The notes: generated by a model not told the origin, from the letters alone. A DNA stretch of 64,000 nt from an uncultured bacterium (GCA_963749495.1 CAVVMW010000028.1:1-64000); one strand, 5' to 3'; counted from the first letter of the stretch, positions 18,648 to 29,382 are shown. Numbers and translations: made by a program.

Positions 18648-19856
18648 GGCTTGCCGAGTCGCAGTTCGGAGCGCCCGTGCGAGCGCGCAACGGGTCCGCC
18701 TTGGCCCGAGGACGGGCTGCGGCGCGGCAGTCTTCGTTCTGCGCTGGCGCTCCGAACGAAGACTGGTGGCTTGCCGAGTCGTAGTTCGGAGCGCCCGAGC
18801 GGATGCGCAAAAAGCCCGCCTTCGCCCGAGGACGGGCTGCGGCGCGGCAGTCTTCGTTCTGCGCTGGCGCTCCGAACCAAAGTTAATACTGGCTTGCCGA
18901 GTCGTAGTTCGGAGCGCCCGTGCGAGCGCGCAACCGGCCCGCCTTCGCCCGAGGACGGGCTACGGCGCGGCAGTCTTCGTTCTGCGCTGGCGCTCCGAAC
19001 GAAGACTGGTGGCTTGCCGAGTCGTAGTTCGGAGCGCCCGTGCGAGCGCGCAACGGGTCCGCCTTGGCCCGAGGACGGGCTACGGCGCGGCAGTCTTCGT
19101 TCTGCGCTGGCGCTCCGAACGAAGACTGGTGGCTTGCCGAGTCGTAGTTCGGAGCGCCTGTCCGAGCGCGCAACGGGCCCGCCTCCGCCCGAGGACGGGC
19201 TGCGGCGCGGCAGTCTTCGTTCTGCGCTGGCGCTCCGAACCAAAGTTCATACTGGCTTGCCGAGTCGTAATTCGGAGCGCCCGTGCGAGCGCGCAACGGG
19301 CCCGCCTCCGCCCGAGGACGGGCTGCGGCGCGGCAGTCTTCGTTCTGCGCTGGCGCTCCGAACGAAGACTGGTGGCTTGCCGAGTCGTAGTTCGGAGCGC
19401 CTGTCCGAGCGCGCAACGGGCCCGCCTTGGCCCGAGGACGGGCTACGGCGCGGCAGTCTTCGTTCTGCGCTGGCGCTCCGAACGAAGACTGGCGGCTTGC
19501 CGAGTCGTAGTTCGGAGCGCCCGTGCAAGTGGGCAACGGGTCCGCCTTGGCCCGAGGACGGGCTGCGGCGCGGCAGTCTTCGTTCTGCGCTGGCGCTCCG
19601 AACCAAAGTTCATACTGGCTTGCCGAGTCGTAGTTCGGAGCGCCCGAGCGAGCGCGCAACGGGCCCGCCTCCGCCCGAGGACGGGCTGCGGCGCGGCAGT
19701 CTTCGTTCTGCGCTGGCGCTCCGAACGAAGACTGGTGGCTTGCCGAGTCGTAGTTCGGAGCGCCCGTGCGAGCGCGCAACCGGCCCGCCTTGGCCCGAGG
19801 ACGGGCTGCGGCGCGGCAGTCTTCGTTCTGCGCTGGCGCTCCGAACGAAGACTGGC
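18648..19856. repeat. Tandem array of ten 120/123-bp units abutting the tRNA-Asp 3' end
   Basis: Units start (ggcttgccgagtcg) at 18648, 18768, 18891, 19011, 19131, 19254, 19374, 19494, 19617 and 19737. Confidence 0.95.
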
Positions 19857-19929
19857 GGGAGCGGCGGGGCTCGAACCCGTAACCTCTGCCGTGACAGGGC
19901 AGCGCTCTAACCAATTGAGCTACGCCCCC
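19853..19929 (-). tRNA. tRNA-Asp (GTC)
   Basis: GGGGGCGTAGCTCAATTGGTTAGAGCGCTGCCCTGTCACGGCAGAGGTTACGGGTTCGAGCCCCGCCGCTCCCGCCA; cloverleaf with encoded CCA. Confidence 0.96.
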
Positions 19930-19943
19930 GCAATGGGCAGCAG

Positions 19944-19972
19944 AACCTAAGGAAAGCGGGGCCGCGCGTCAA
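19944..19972 (-). promoter_or_regulatory. tRNA promoter
   Basis: TTGACG-17 nt-TAGGTT on the minus strand, just upstream of the tRNA. Confidence 0.6.
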
Positions 19973-20181
19973 GCGGAACCGCGCAAAAAAGCGTCGGGCA
20001 GCAGACGCCAAGGAGGTGGGGGTGGGGAACCCCGCTGAAGAAACGCACTGCTACCCGAACGTCAATAGTGTATTGCACCCGTTCCCGCGTTGTCAACAGG
20101 ATAACAAGGCAGGGTGAGTGACCAGTGACCGGATTTGCCCTCGACAAAGCGTCAAAGTTGGCTACGTTGCACCCTCAAATT

Positions 20182-21291
20182 ATGACCGATCCCCGCTATA
20201 CGAAACTGGCGAATTTGCTCGTGAAATACTCGACCACCCTCAAGAAGGGCGACCGTGTCTTGCTCGATATGATCGATGTCCCGGACGAGTTCACGGTGGA
20301 GTTGATCCGCGCGGCGCGGGGGGCGGGGGCCACGCCGATCGTCGAGGTCCGCCACACGCGGGTAAGCCGGGAACTGCTGCTGGGCACCAACGACGCGCAC
20401 GCCGCCCTGATTCGCGACATCGAACTGGCCCGCATGAAGAGGGTGCAGGCCTACATCGGCGCGCGCGGCAGCGCCAACGCCAGCGAGAACTCGGACGTGT
20501 CGGCGGAGCGCATGGCGCTCTATTCGCGGATCACCCGCCCGCTCATGGATTACCGCGTGAAGAAGACCCGCTGGTGCGTGCTGCGCTGGCCCTCGCCGAG
20601 CATGGCCCAGGGCGCCTCGATGAGCACCGAGGCCTTCGAAGACCTCTACTTCGATGTCTGCACCATGAACTACCCCCGCATGGCCCGCGCCATGGCGCCG
20701 TTGGAGAAACGGATGAAGAAGGCCGACCGCGTCCGCGTCAAAGGCCCGGGCACCGACCTGGCCTTCAGCATCAAAGGCATCGGCGCCAAGATGTGCAAAG
20801 GCGACCGCAATATCCCGGACGGCGAGGTCTTCTCCTGCCCGGTCAAGACCTCGATCAACGGTCAAATCCAGTTCAATACCCCCACGCTCTATTCCGGCAC
20901 GAAATTCGAAAACGTCCTCCTCGAATTCAAAGACGGCAAGGTCGTCCGGGCCGCCTCGAACAACACCAAGCGGCTCAACGAAATCCTCGATACCGACCCC
21001 GGCGCCCGCTACACGGGCGAGTTCTCGCTCGGGTTCAATCCCTATATCCTCAACCCGATGTGCGACATCCTCTTCGACGAGAAGATAGCGGGCTCGCTGC
21101 ACCTGACCCCCGGCCAGGCCTATGAGGAGTGCGACAACGGCAACCATTCCGCCGTCCACTGGGACATGGTCCTCATCCAGCGGCGGGACTGGGGCGGAGG
21201 CGAGATTTGGTTTGACGGCGAGTTGATCCGCAAGGACGGACTGTTCGTTCCCAAGGACCTCAAACCGTTGAACCCGCAAAATCTCAAGTAG
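20182..21291 (+). CDS. Aminopeptidase, M29 (AmpS/PepS) family
   Basis: [36 protein letters not shown] and SAVHWDMV motifs. Confidence 0.92.
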   Translation: MTDPRYTKLANLLVKYSTTLKKGDRVLLDMIDVPDEFTVELIRAARGAGATPIVEVRHTRVSRELLLGTNDAHAALIRDIELARMKRVQAYIGARGSANASENSDVSAERMALYSRITRPLMDYRVKKTRWCVLRWPSPSMAQGASMSTEAFEDLYFDVCTMNYPRMARAMAPLEKRMKKADRVRVKGPGTDLAFSIKGIGAKMCKGDRNIPDGEVFSCPVKTSINGQIQFNTPTLYSGTKFENVLLEFKDGKVVRAASNNTKRLNEILDTDPGARYTGEFSLGFNPYILNPMCDILFDEKIAGSLHLTPGQAYEECDNGNHSAVHWDMVLIQRRDWGGGEIWFDGELIRKDGLFVPKDLKPLNPQNLK

Positions 21292-21305
21292 GAGCTGATT
21301 GATCT

Positions 21306-22331
21306 ATGAAGGCTGGAAATCAACCTGCAATTGTGCGAAGCGCGAAACTGGTTTTGGGCCTGGCCATCCTGGGGGCGGGAGTGGCGCAGGCCCCGGCAGC
21401 CGACGACCTGCTGGCGCCGTTCCGTGTCGAGGCCGACGGCAAACCGATCGAGACGGCGGGCGGCAACGCCGCGCCGTGTCTGTGCGATTTCGACGGCGAC
21501 GGGGCCTTTGACCTGCTGGTCGGCCAATTCCAGGATGGGAAGATGCGCATCTTCCGCAACACGGGGAGCAACGCGGCCCCGAGGTTTGCCGCGGGCGCAT
21601 GGTTCAAGGCCGGCAGCGCCGATGCGCGCGTGCCGGCGGGCTGATGCATCGGCTTTGGTCCATATGGCGTGGACCTCGACGGCGATGGGAAGCTCGAAAT
21701 CCTCTCGGGGTCGCTTCCGGGCGAGATCTATTGCTTCCACAAGAAACCCAACGGCGCCTACGGCACGGGCGAGGTCCTTAAGGACCGCACCGGCAAGGCC
21801 ATCAACGTCGGGCGGGCCTCGGCGGTGGCCGTGGCGGATTGGAATGGCGACGGCAAGCCGGACCTGGTCATCGGCAATATCGATGGCGGCGTGTTCGTGG
21901 TCCTCAATGAGGGCACGGCGCAAAGGCCGGTCTGGGGGACCCCCCAGCCGCTCAAAGCCGACGGCCGAGACATCCGCGCCGATGGGGATCGAGCCGGGCC
22001 GTTCGTGGCGGACTGGGACGGCGACGGCAAACTGGACCTGGTGCTGGGGGGCGGCTCGGGCAAGGTCGTTTGGTATCGCAACACCGGCACCGCCCAGAAA
22101 CCGCAATTGACCCTGGCCGGCACGCTCGTCGAGGCCGCGTCGGACAAACGCGCCGTGGCCGGCAGCGCTCCCAAGCGCAGCGGCCGCTCGGCCAAGGTCT
22201 GGGTGGCCGATTGGAACGGCGACGGCCGGCCGGATTTGATCGTCGGCGACGATGTCGATTGCGGCAATAACACGTTCCGAGGCTACGTGTGGGTGTATCT
22301 CAGGAAGGGGCCGGGAGGGCAGGCGCGGTAG
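21306..22331 (+). CDS. Exported FG-GAP/VCBS-repeat protein with in-frame TGA at 21642 (putative selenoprotein)
   Basis: ORFs 21306-21644 and 21669-22331 share a frame and are separated only by TGA; five D-x-D/N-G-D-G-x-x-D/E-L/I repeats span the junction. Confidence 0.75.
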
Positions 22332-22336
22332 CGTCC

Positions 22337-22372
22337 GAGGGACGAGGGGCGAGGGACGAGGGGCGAGGGACG
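22337..22372. repeat. Heptamer tandem repeat (GAGGG[A/G]C)n
   Basis: gagggac gaggggc gagggac gaggggc gagggac. Confidence 0.7.
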
Positions 22373-22392
22373 GGGGATGCGCGGCCCACGTT

Positions 22393-22495
22393 GCGAAGCG
22401 TCTGGAGTGCGCGGCCTTCCCGCGCTCTGGCGTTCGATCGCCGCGGGGCGTGGGTTCAAAGAGCGGCGGCATACGCCGCACTCCAGACGCTTCGC
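22393..22495. repeat. REP-like inverted repeat
   Basis: gcgaagcgtctggagtgcg ... cgcactccagacgcttcgc. Confidence 0.7.
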
Positions 22496-22539
22496 GAAGG
22501 AGGGCCATGTTGCCTGCTCGTCTCTCAACCCGACCATTC

Positions 22540-23800
22540 CATTTTTAGCTGTTCCGCGCGAGAGTTAGTTCCTTCGAGAATTGCGTCCGCAAGCCGCGCC
22601 GGAAATCCCACCGGCAGAACGCTGCGCACTTGGCGAATCACCTCCGGCGTCCTTGCAATCACTTCCTCCAGAATCAGCTTCATGTCCCCGAACCCATGCC
22701 GTTTTCCCGTTTCGATCCAGTGCCGGGCGTGGATTTCATTCCAGCGATAATGCCGGCTTTTCCGTGCACGGCCATGGCCATCCGGATCTTTTCCGGCGCA
22801 AACCTTCCACGCCCATGTCCCAGGATCGGATAGGCAGACAAGATGTCATACCGGGGTGTGAGCCTGAAGGCGCCACCGGGCAGGAGAAAAAAGCTGAAGT
22901 TTTTCGCGTGCCCATTGATCGCCGCAAGCACCCAGAACACGAGCTGCGTGAACATAAAATCCCGTTGATCTTTTGCCGGCCGTTCGGAGCCCAAAAGCAG
23001 GCTCATCATCTTACCGATACCCGGTCCTCCGTCACTTTCGTACTTTAGCGCCGGAGGTGTGGCCGTGGCTTGGCAGAGGTCCTCCTGCGGCAGTCGCAAA
23101 TACCACGTTCGGTCCGGGGCCAGACGGCGGTCAAACCGCTCCACTACGAGCGTCTTGTATTCGCCAAATGTTTCCATCCGGCACGATGCCACCTCGATGC
23201 CATAGGCCCGGGCTATTTGCGCACACAGCCATTCGTTTTCCACGGATGTCGAAAGATCAATGCCTTGGCAGTTGATCCCGAGCGGGAGCTTAAGAATATG
23301 TGTTGTGGGCGTAGTGTGCGTCGGCCGGTGCCATACGCCCTCGTGGAACAACAGCGCCGTTTTCTCTTGTGCTCCCGCAAGCGAGATTCGGAACGCATCT
23401 TCGATTCCGTCCTCGCCAGCGAACGTCGAGTCTAAGGACCCGGCGAGCAGTTGTGCGACCCCGTCAGTCGTCAAACGTTGGCCGGTAATTTGTCGTATGT
23501 CTGCCGGTGACGCGTCCACCGGCAGAAACTGCAACGCACCGACGCAGTCTCGCCCAATCTCCCACAACAGGTCAAATGCACGAATCGAACTCGGTGTGGA
23601 AACGCCGCTGGATTCTGTCGCGGATCTGTCGATTATCCGGCAGCAAGTTGTCAAAGAAGGCCTCGACGCCGGTGCGATATGGCTCCCGCGATGGGCGCAA
23701 CGGCAGCGACAACGAAATCGGCCGGGCAGCAGGGGAGGAGAGCCACGGCTCTGCATACATATCGTTTAAACAATATAAAACTGGTTTATCACGAAAACCA
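22540..23800 (-). pseudogene. hipA: HipA family toxin kinase pseudogene
   Basis: PISLSLP, FFDNLLPD, IGRDCVGAL, ISLAGAQEK, THILK, QEDLCQ, NGHAKN and LTPRYD motifs across three frames; 5' end missing; boundaries approximate. Confidence 0.85.
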
Positions 23801-23847
23801 GATATTCGAGTCCGGCACCGCTAATTCTTGCGCGGGGCCTTAGCGAG

Positions 23848-24046
23848 GGCCGTTGACAAAGTCGTAGCGCAGGTTTCCAAACCTGCTGTATCGCCGATTT
23901 CCAATCGGCAGGGCGCCGGCATGTCGAGCGCCCCCGGTTTGCGGACGGCCTGCGGGTTTGGAAACCCGCGATACAGCAGGTTTGGAAACCTGCGCTACGC
24001 TGGCGCCCCTGGCGCACAGGCGCGCGGAGCGACTTTGTCAATGGCC
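23848..24046. mobile_element. MITE-like element, second full copy
   Basis: Terminal inverted repeats ggccgttgacaaagtcg / cgactttgtcaatggcc. Confidence 0.75.
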
Positions 24047-24053
24047 ACAGTGC

Positions 24054-25389
24054 CTAGCCCGCCCTGCGCACTGCCGGGCTGACCTTGAGGATATCGAGGA
24101 TGGGGATGCGGGACCAGCAATCGTGCTGGCCCGGGCCGGAGCGGCCGAGGTTTCCTTCCGGGGCTGAGATGGAAAAGGGGGCGCTGTAGATGCGGTTGCC
24201 GAACTCGATCCGCACCTCGCCGCGCGGACCTCCGGGGCAAGTCCCCTTGTAGAAATTGACAAAGGCCTCGACCTGACGGATGTCCACCGGGGACTCGAAC
24301 TCGATGAACTCGTACTCGCGCCCAGGCGAGGAGCGATGGTCTTTGTAGTAGTAACCCTCGGGCGAGCGGGTGTGTTGAAAGAACAAGGTCTGTGCGCCGG
24401 GGCGGGCGCTGGCATAGAGGTCGAGATCCAGGTTGTCCCGCCAGCGGATGCCGATTTTCATGGGGCCGAGCATGGCGGTGGGCGGCGGCGCGCCCTCCGG
24501 CACGGCATCGCGGGTCAGCCAGTCGGCCAGTTCGACGTTGCGGCCCACCCGGAGCATCTCGATTCTCGTTTCCTGTGCGTCCACGGCCCATCGCCCGGCG
24601 GGGGCGCGCCCGCCGGCGGGACCCTGGCGGAAGCCGGCCAACGCGGTGGGAAAATCGCCCGTCAGCGCGGCCAATTGCCCCGCCCGGCGTTCCAGGTACA
24701 AGGTCCAAAAGCGGGTGACCTTTTCCCGGTGCAATTCGCTCAGCCAGGGGTCGCCAAAATAGACCCAGTGCACCGCCAGGAACGGCATTGCCGCGGGCCC
24801 GGCCCCGAGTCCGAAGACCGATTTGTCGCGTGGCGCCTGCAGGTGGCCGTCGGACGGAAAGTAGCCGTCCCGCATCGAGAAAGGCCGGCTCCTTGGCATC
24901 CTGGTACAATGGGCTGCCGATGAGCAGGAGCGGGAGGGGGCAATTGGTGTCCGGGAAGTTCTCCGCCAGGAAGTCGCAGAACTGCGGCAGGCGCAGAGCG
25001 CCATCGAAATCGAGGGGTGCGTTCCCGGGTCGGGAGCACTCGCTGGCCAAAAACAACTTGAGGTCGCGAATGGCGGGAACGAACTGATTGGCGCGCGTCT
25101 TCGGGCTCCTGAAGGCGCCCACGTTGGGCAGAGTGACCCGCGTGATGCTCTTGAGATGGAAGGCGTCATAAATGCTGAGCGTGCTGTTGAGCGGGAGGTC
25201 CTCGAGCAGGAGCCGGACCAGGTCCCGGTAAACCTCGTCCTTGACGGACTTGTCCAGGAAGGGAGAGATCCCGATGACGAACGGCTGCGGACGCGGGGCG
25301 GGCTTGGGCTTTTCAGCGGCGTGCAGGCCAGCCGCGAGGAGGACGCTTAGCAGACAGGTGGAGAGCACCAATTTGAGCTTCAGGTTCAT
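24054..25389 (-). CDS. Exported hypothetical protein (frameshift near 24880)
   Basis: Signal peptide MNLKLKLVLSTCLL...; C-terminal IGIRWRDNLDLDLY beta-rich domain. Confidence 0.65.
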
Positions 25390-26532
25390 TCGCCATGGTT
25401 GCGGCCCAAGGCGGCGGTGGTGGCGCCGACAGGCAGCCCGGTTGACTCGATGTGCTCGCGCAGGTGCTCCGACAACTGGTCCAGGATGACCTGCCTTTTC
25501 TCGGATTGGTTCTGCCGCTTTGCGGCCTCCCGGTGAAAGAGGGACTTGCCGTAGGCGAGCAAGGCGGAGAGTTGGTTCTCCAGGCGGACCACGTTGCCGC
25601 TGGCCTCGCCCAGGCTCAATCGTTCGCGGGCGATGCTCTCCTCCAGCTTCTGGTGCTCCTCGTGCAACTGGGCAAAGGCCGGGTCGGGCGCCAGGCGCAC
25701 CGGCCGATGGCGCGCATAGAGGCTGGTCAGGTACATCCCCAGGACTGCGGAGATGAATATCTCGGCAACGGCCTGGCCCGCTACGGTGATGACATCCACC
25801 CATTTTGCGCCCGCAAAGTCCAGGCCGGAAACCGTGGCCGGCCCGGAGGCGGGGCGATCGAAGACCGTGAGCGCGGCGATATGCTCGTTGATGCCCTTGG
25901 ACAAGGTCGGATAGACGCACGCATAGGCCCCCACCCAGACCAGCACGCCCAGCAGCCCCAGCGCCAGGCAAGTCCAGAGATACAAGTCGCGACGCCTCCC
26001 CGGCGCCAGGCAGTCCCAGCCGACCTTCACGGCCAGCGCCCCCACCGGCAGCAGGGCCGCCCACAGATACGAGCGCAGCGGGTTCTCCCGGAAGGTGATC
26101 AACCCCGATTCCAATAGGTTGAAAGAAATGTTCAGCACCCCGAACGTGATCAGGGACACTATGCCCAGGCAGCAGGCCGCCAGCATCGCCAGGTCCCACC
26201 CGTTCCACGGAGAGGTCGGCTCGGTGTCTTCATGGCCGTCCACGAGAGGCCGGCACCAGCTTGCTCCGCTCACTCAGGCCGAGCTGGGTCGCCTTCAGCC
26301 GGCCCTCCAGGAACGAGAGCCGGTCCTGGTGAATCTTCACCTGCTGCCGGTATCGCTCCCATTCGACTCCATGGTGGTGCAGGAACAGGGCGCGATGGTA
26401 CTCCTCGACCTGGCCCGGGGCCGAAGGGTCCGTGTTCTGGAGTTGGTTCTGAATGAACTCGAGGTGAACCGCGGGCGTGATGTTCTCCGTGCTCGCTTTT
26501 GGCGCCGTGGCATTCATAAGATGTTCTGGCAT
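25386..26532 (-). CDS. Membrane protein with coiled coils (frameshift near 26248)
   Basis: About four hydrophobic segments flanked by helical coiled-coil regions; ATGA-coupled to the downstream gene. Confidence 0.65.
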
Positions 26533-26672
26533 GAATCAGGCCTTTGGCCTGCGAGCGCCAGCGTAATAGTCCCCCCGATGGGCATCAGGCGAAGGGTCAA
26601 GCCGGGCATATACGGAGGCGCTGCAGGTCCTCGCACGTCGCTGGTTTCGAAGAATTCTCTCATGCGCCCGAA

Positions 26673-29003
26673 TTACCACTTGGGCGAGGGAGCAGGCGCT
26701 GGCGCAGGCGCTGGCGTCGGGCTTGTGGCCGGCACGGCAGGTGTAGCTACTGCAACTGGAGCCGGGGCTGCGGCCGTCGCCACCGCGCTCACCACCGGCG
26801 CAACTTTCCACTCGACCTCGCTGTCTGACGGCAGCGAAGCCGGCGGTTGGGTCATGGACTTGTCGGCCTTGGGTTCATCGCCTTGGTTTTGGTTTCGGTT
26901 GCGGTGCGGGCGGGCTTCTTTCCGTTCGAGGCCTTGCTCGAGCCTCTCGATTTGGCGGTCGAGCCTCTCCATTTGGCGTTCGAGCGCCTCACGTTGTTTT
27001 TGCAGGGCCTCCAGTTGTTTGGCCGGTATTTGCTCGCGAATCTCGTTTTGATACCGGGCTGCGTCGGACTGAAACCGGGACGCCTCGGACCGCACGGCAT
27101 CCTGGGCCTTTTGGGCCGCGCGCGTGGCCTCCTCGACGGCGCGCTTGGCCTGTTCCATCGCGCGGGCCACTTCGCTCTGGACATAGTCCTTCAGGCGCTT
27201 CCCGTCGAACAATTGCCCGTATTCGTCTGCCGGCCGCTTGGGCTGAGGCGCAATCTGCGGACGTCCCAGGCCCTGTTTTGCCATCAGCGCTCGAACCATC
27301 TGTTCCAGTCGCGCCAGGCGTTGCTCGATCGAGGCGCCGGGCGGCGGCATGTCGGGCTGCAGGCCGGTCCAGTCGGACGCGGGTGGCGGCGGCGCTCCCG
27401 GCGGGACCGGGGCGTTGATGCCCGGAGTCTGCAGCGGCAGGGTCGCCTCGCCGGTGTCCGGTTTGTACTTTGCGCCCGGCGCGACGTTTGTTGGGGCTTG
27501 CGCCGGGGTTGTTTCCTGTTCCTCCTGCTCCACGCCGTTGGGCGGGGCGGGAGTGAGGTCGGGAGCGCCCTTGGCGGCGCTGTCAGGGGTGTTGTCCCCT
27601 TGGCTTTGAGGCGCAGGCGGCGCCTTCTTCTGGGCCTGGTCTTGGGCCAGGACCAGCCTGGGTCCGGAGTAAAGGGCGAGCACTGCAACCAGCGCCGCCG
27701 CCGATGTGATGATCCCCACCTTGCCTTTGGCCGGGCGAGGCGAGATGTTTCGGTGTGTGTTCAGTATCATAGCTATCCTTTGTTGAAGTTGGCTTTTACT
27801 GCTCGAAGCTCCGGGGGCGACCGCGGCGTGCGGCGCCTGCATGCGCGCGGCCAGGTTGGCCAGCAGCAGCGCATAGGGCCGCGGCCCCACGCCCTGCTGC
27901 AGCACGCAGTCGTCACAGGCTATCTCCCGCTCGATGGCGAGCCGCCTGCAAATCCACACCACGGCGGGATGAAAAAAGAGCGCCGCCTCGATAAAATGTT
28001 GGAGCAGGTTCGCCCAATCATCGCGCCGGAGCACGTGCGCCAATTCATGCCGCAGAATGTGCTCCCGCTCGACGCTGCCGCCTGTCCCCGCCTCTGCCTC
28101 GGGAAGCAGAATCACCGGGTGGACGAATCCCAGGACGATTGCGGAGCGATGCCGCCTCGAGATCTTCAACTCCACCCTCCGGGCCACGCCAAGCCGCGCC
28201 CGCTCGCGGTTGAAGAGGTCCTTCAAACCGTCGCTCGCCGGGATGGAAGTCCGCTTGAGCTTCCGAAGATGGCCAAGGCGCCACACCAATAGGAGCATCC
28301 TCGCGCCCGCCACCGCCACCCAGGCGGCCAGCAATATCAGGCCGGTGCTTGGCGGCAGGAATGGCACGGCCGCAAGGTTCCACGAGACAGGCTCCAGGAA
28401 TCGCTCCGCCCGCCAGAAAGAGGATCCTTGCGGCCGCTGCGCGTCGGGCAGGCTTGTTCCCGTCCCAACGGCTTCGGGTCCAACGCGCCCAGCCTCCGGC
28501 GAAGCCATTGGAGGCTCTCTATGAACCGATCCCGAGGCCGCAAGGTTTTGGACTGCGGCAGTCCTCTGCCGCTTTCGCGTCCCCTGGGTCCAAAAAGCGG
28601 CAGAGGACTGCCGCAGTCCAAAACGCTTCGCGCCCAAGGAGCCAGCGGCAAACGTGCGCCCCTGGGCTGAATCGGCTGCACCCGCCGCCGCCCCGGCTGC
28701 GACCGCGGCGCCGCCCGGCGCGGCGGGCGCAAGCGCCGGCTCCTGGGCGTCGCGCCAGGCCATGCGCTCGCCCATTGGCCCGCGGTGAGCGGATACCAGG
28801 TGCTGCCGCCAATAGTGCGCCGGAAACAGGAACACCACCAGGAGCAGCGTCGTCAACCAGGCCGCGTGGCGCGTCGCGGCATTGGTGCGCCCCAGCAGCC
28901 GCAGGCCCAGACCCACCAGGAGCGCGAGCAGTATCCCCTGGCAGCAGCCGTTCATGGCCGCCGTCACGACCTGGTCGCACGCATTGAGAATCTCAGTTTT
29001 CAT
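26673..29003 (-). CDS. M56 family peptidase (BlaR1/MecR1-like)
   Basis: HILRHELAHVLRRD, FFHPAVVW, EREIACDD and LQQRI motifs; downstream of a BlaI gene. Confidence 0.9.
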   Translation of the reverse strand: MKTEILNACDQVVTAAMNGCCQGILLALLVGLGLRLLGRTNAATRHAAWLTTLLLVVFLFPAHYWRQHLVSAHRGPMGERMAWRDAQEPALAPAAPGGAAVAAGAAAGAADSAQGRTFAAGSLGAKRFGLRQSSAAFWTQGTRKRQRTAAVQNLAASGSVHREPPMASPEAGRVGPEAVGTGTSLPDAQRPQGSSFWRAERFLEPVSWNLAAVPFLPPSTGLILLAAWVAVAGARMLLLVWRLGHLRKLKRTSIPASDGLKDLFNRERARLGVARRVELKISRRHRSAIVLGFVHPVILLPEAEAGTGGSVEREHILRHELAHVLRRDDWANLLQHFIEAALFFHPAVVWICRRLAIEREIACDDCVLQQGVGPRPYALLLANLAARMQAPHAAVAPGASSSKSQLQQRIAMILNTHRNISPRPAKGKVGIITSAAALVAVLALYSGPRLVLAQDQAQKKAPPAPQSQGDNTPDSAAKGAPDLTPAPPNGVEQEEQETTPAQAPTNVAPGAKYKPDTGEATLPLQTPGINAPVPPGAPPPPASDWTGLQPDMPPPGASIEQRLARLEQMVRALMAKQGLGRPQIAPQPKRPADEYGQLFDGKRLKDYVQSEVARAMEQAKRAVEEATRAAQKAQDAVRSEASRFQSDAARYQNEIREQIPAKQLEALQKQREALERQMERLDRQIERLEQGLERKEARPHRNRNQNQGDEPKADKSMTQPPASLPSDSEVEWKVAPVVSAVATAAAPAPVAVATPAVPATSPTPAPAPAPAPSPKW
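28545..28624. repeat. Palindromic REP-like element inside the M56 gene
   Basis: 31-bp perfect inverted arms gttttggactgcggcagtcctctgccgcttt. Confidence 0.85.
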
Positions 29004-29382
29004 GCCGGTTGTCCTCGGATTCCAGGATCTTCCTCTTAATGACGTCCAATTCCTCGGCCGTCAACTCCTCCTCGCGCAAAAAGGCCAGCACCAACTCGCT
29101 GGGCGACCCGGCGAAAAACTTCGTCAGGAGCTGATGCGTGGCCTTGCGGGCCGCCGTCTCCCGGTCCACTCTCGGCATGAAGACAAAGGCCCGCCCCTCT
29201 TTGCGCGACGAGAGATACCCCTTGATCTTGAGGATGCGCATCAGCGTCAGAATCGTCGTGTAGGCGTCTCGGTCTCCCAGGGCCTCGACGACATCCGCGA
29301 CGGTGGCGGCCCCGCGGGCCCAGACGACCTCCATGATGCGGTGTTCGGCGTTGGTCAATGTTGTGGATTTTCTGCGCGACAT
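28993..29382 (-). CDS. BlaI/MecI/CopY family transcriptional repressor
   Basis: LTNAEHRIMEVVW, AYTTILTLMRIL..KGYL and GRAFVF motifs. Confidence 0.92.
   Translation of the reverse strand: MSRRKSTTLTNAEHRIMEVVWARGAATVADVVEALGDRDAYTTILTLMRILKIKGYLSSRKEGRAFVFMPRVDRETAARKATHQLLTKFFAGSPSELVLAFLREEELTAEELDVIKRKILESEDNRHEN

Noticed and set aside
18648..19856. Array as a CRISPR locus, or as the 343-443 aa repeat ORFs
   Set aside because: The variable parts are homologous to each other rather than unique spacers, the constant part is far longer than a CRISPR repeat, and no cas genes are present. The ORFs stay open simply because unit lengths are multiples of 3 in GC-rich DNA.
19864..19880. A-C mismatch at the base of the tRNA T-stem as a sign of a pseudo-tRNA
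   Set aside because: A single mismatch with an otherwise canonical cloverleaf, CCA end and promoter is not enough evidence.
13700..19929. Classical tRNA-integrated prophage or genomic island
   Set aside because: I found no integrase, no structural genes and no duplicated tRNA 3' end at the far boundary.
21642..21644. UGA reassigned genome-wide to Trp or Gly
   Set aside because: Many clear genes in the window terminate at TGA, including ATGA overlaps, so the standard code applies.
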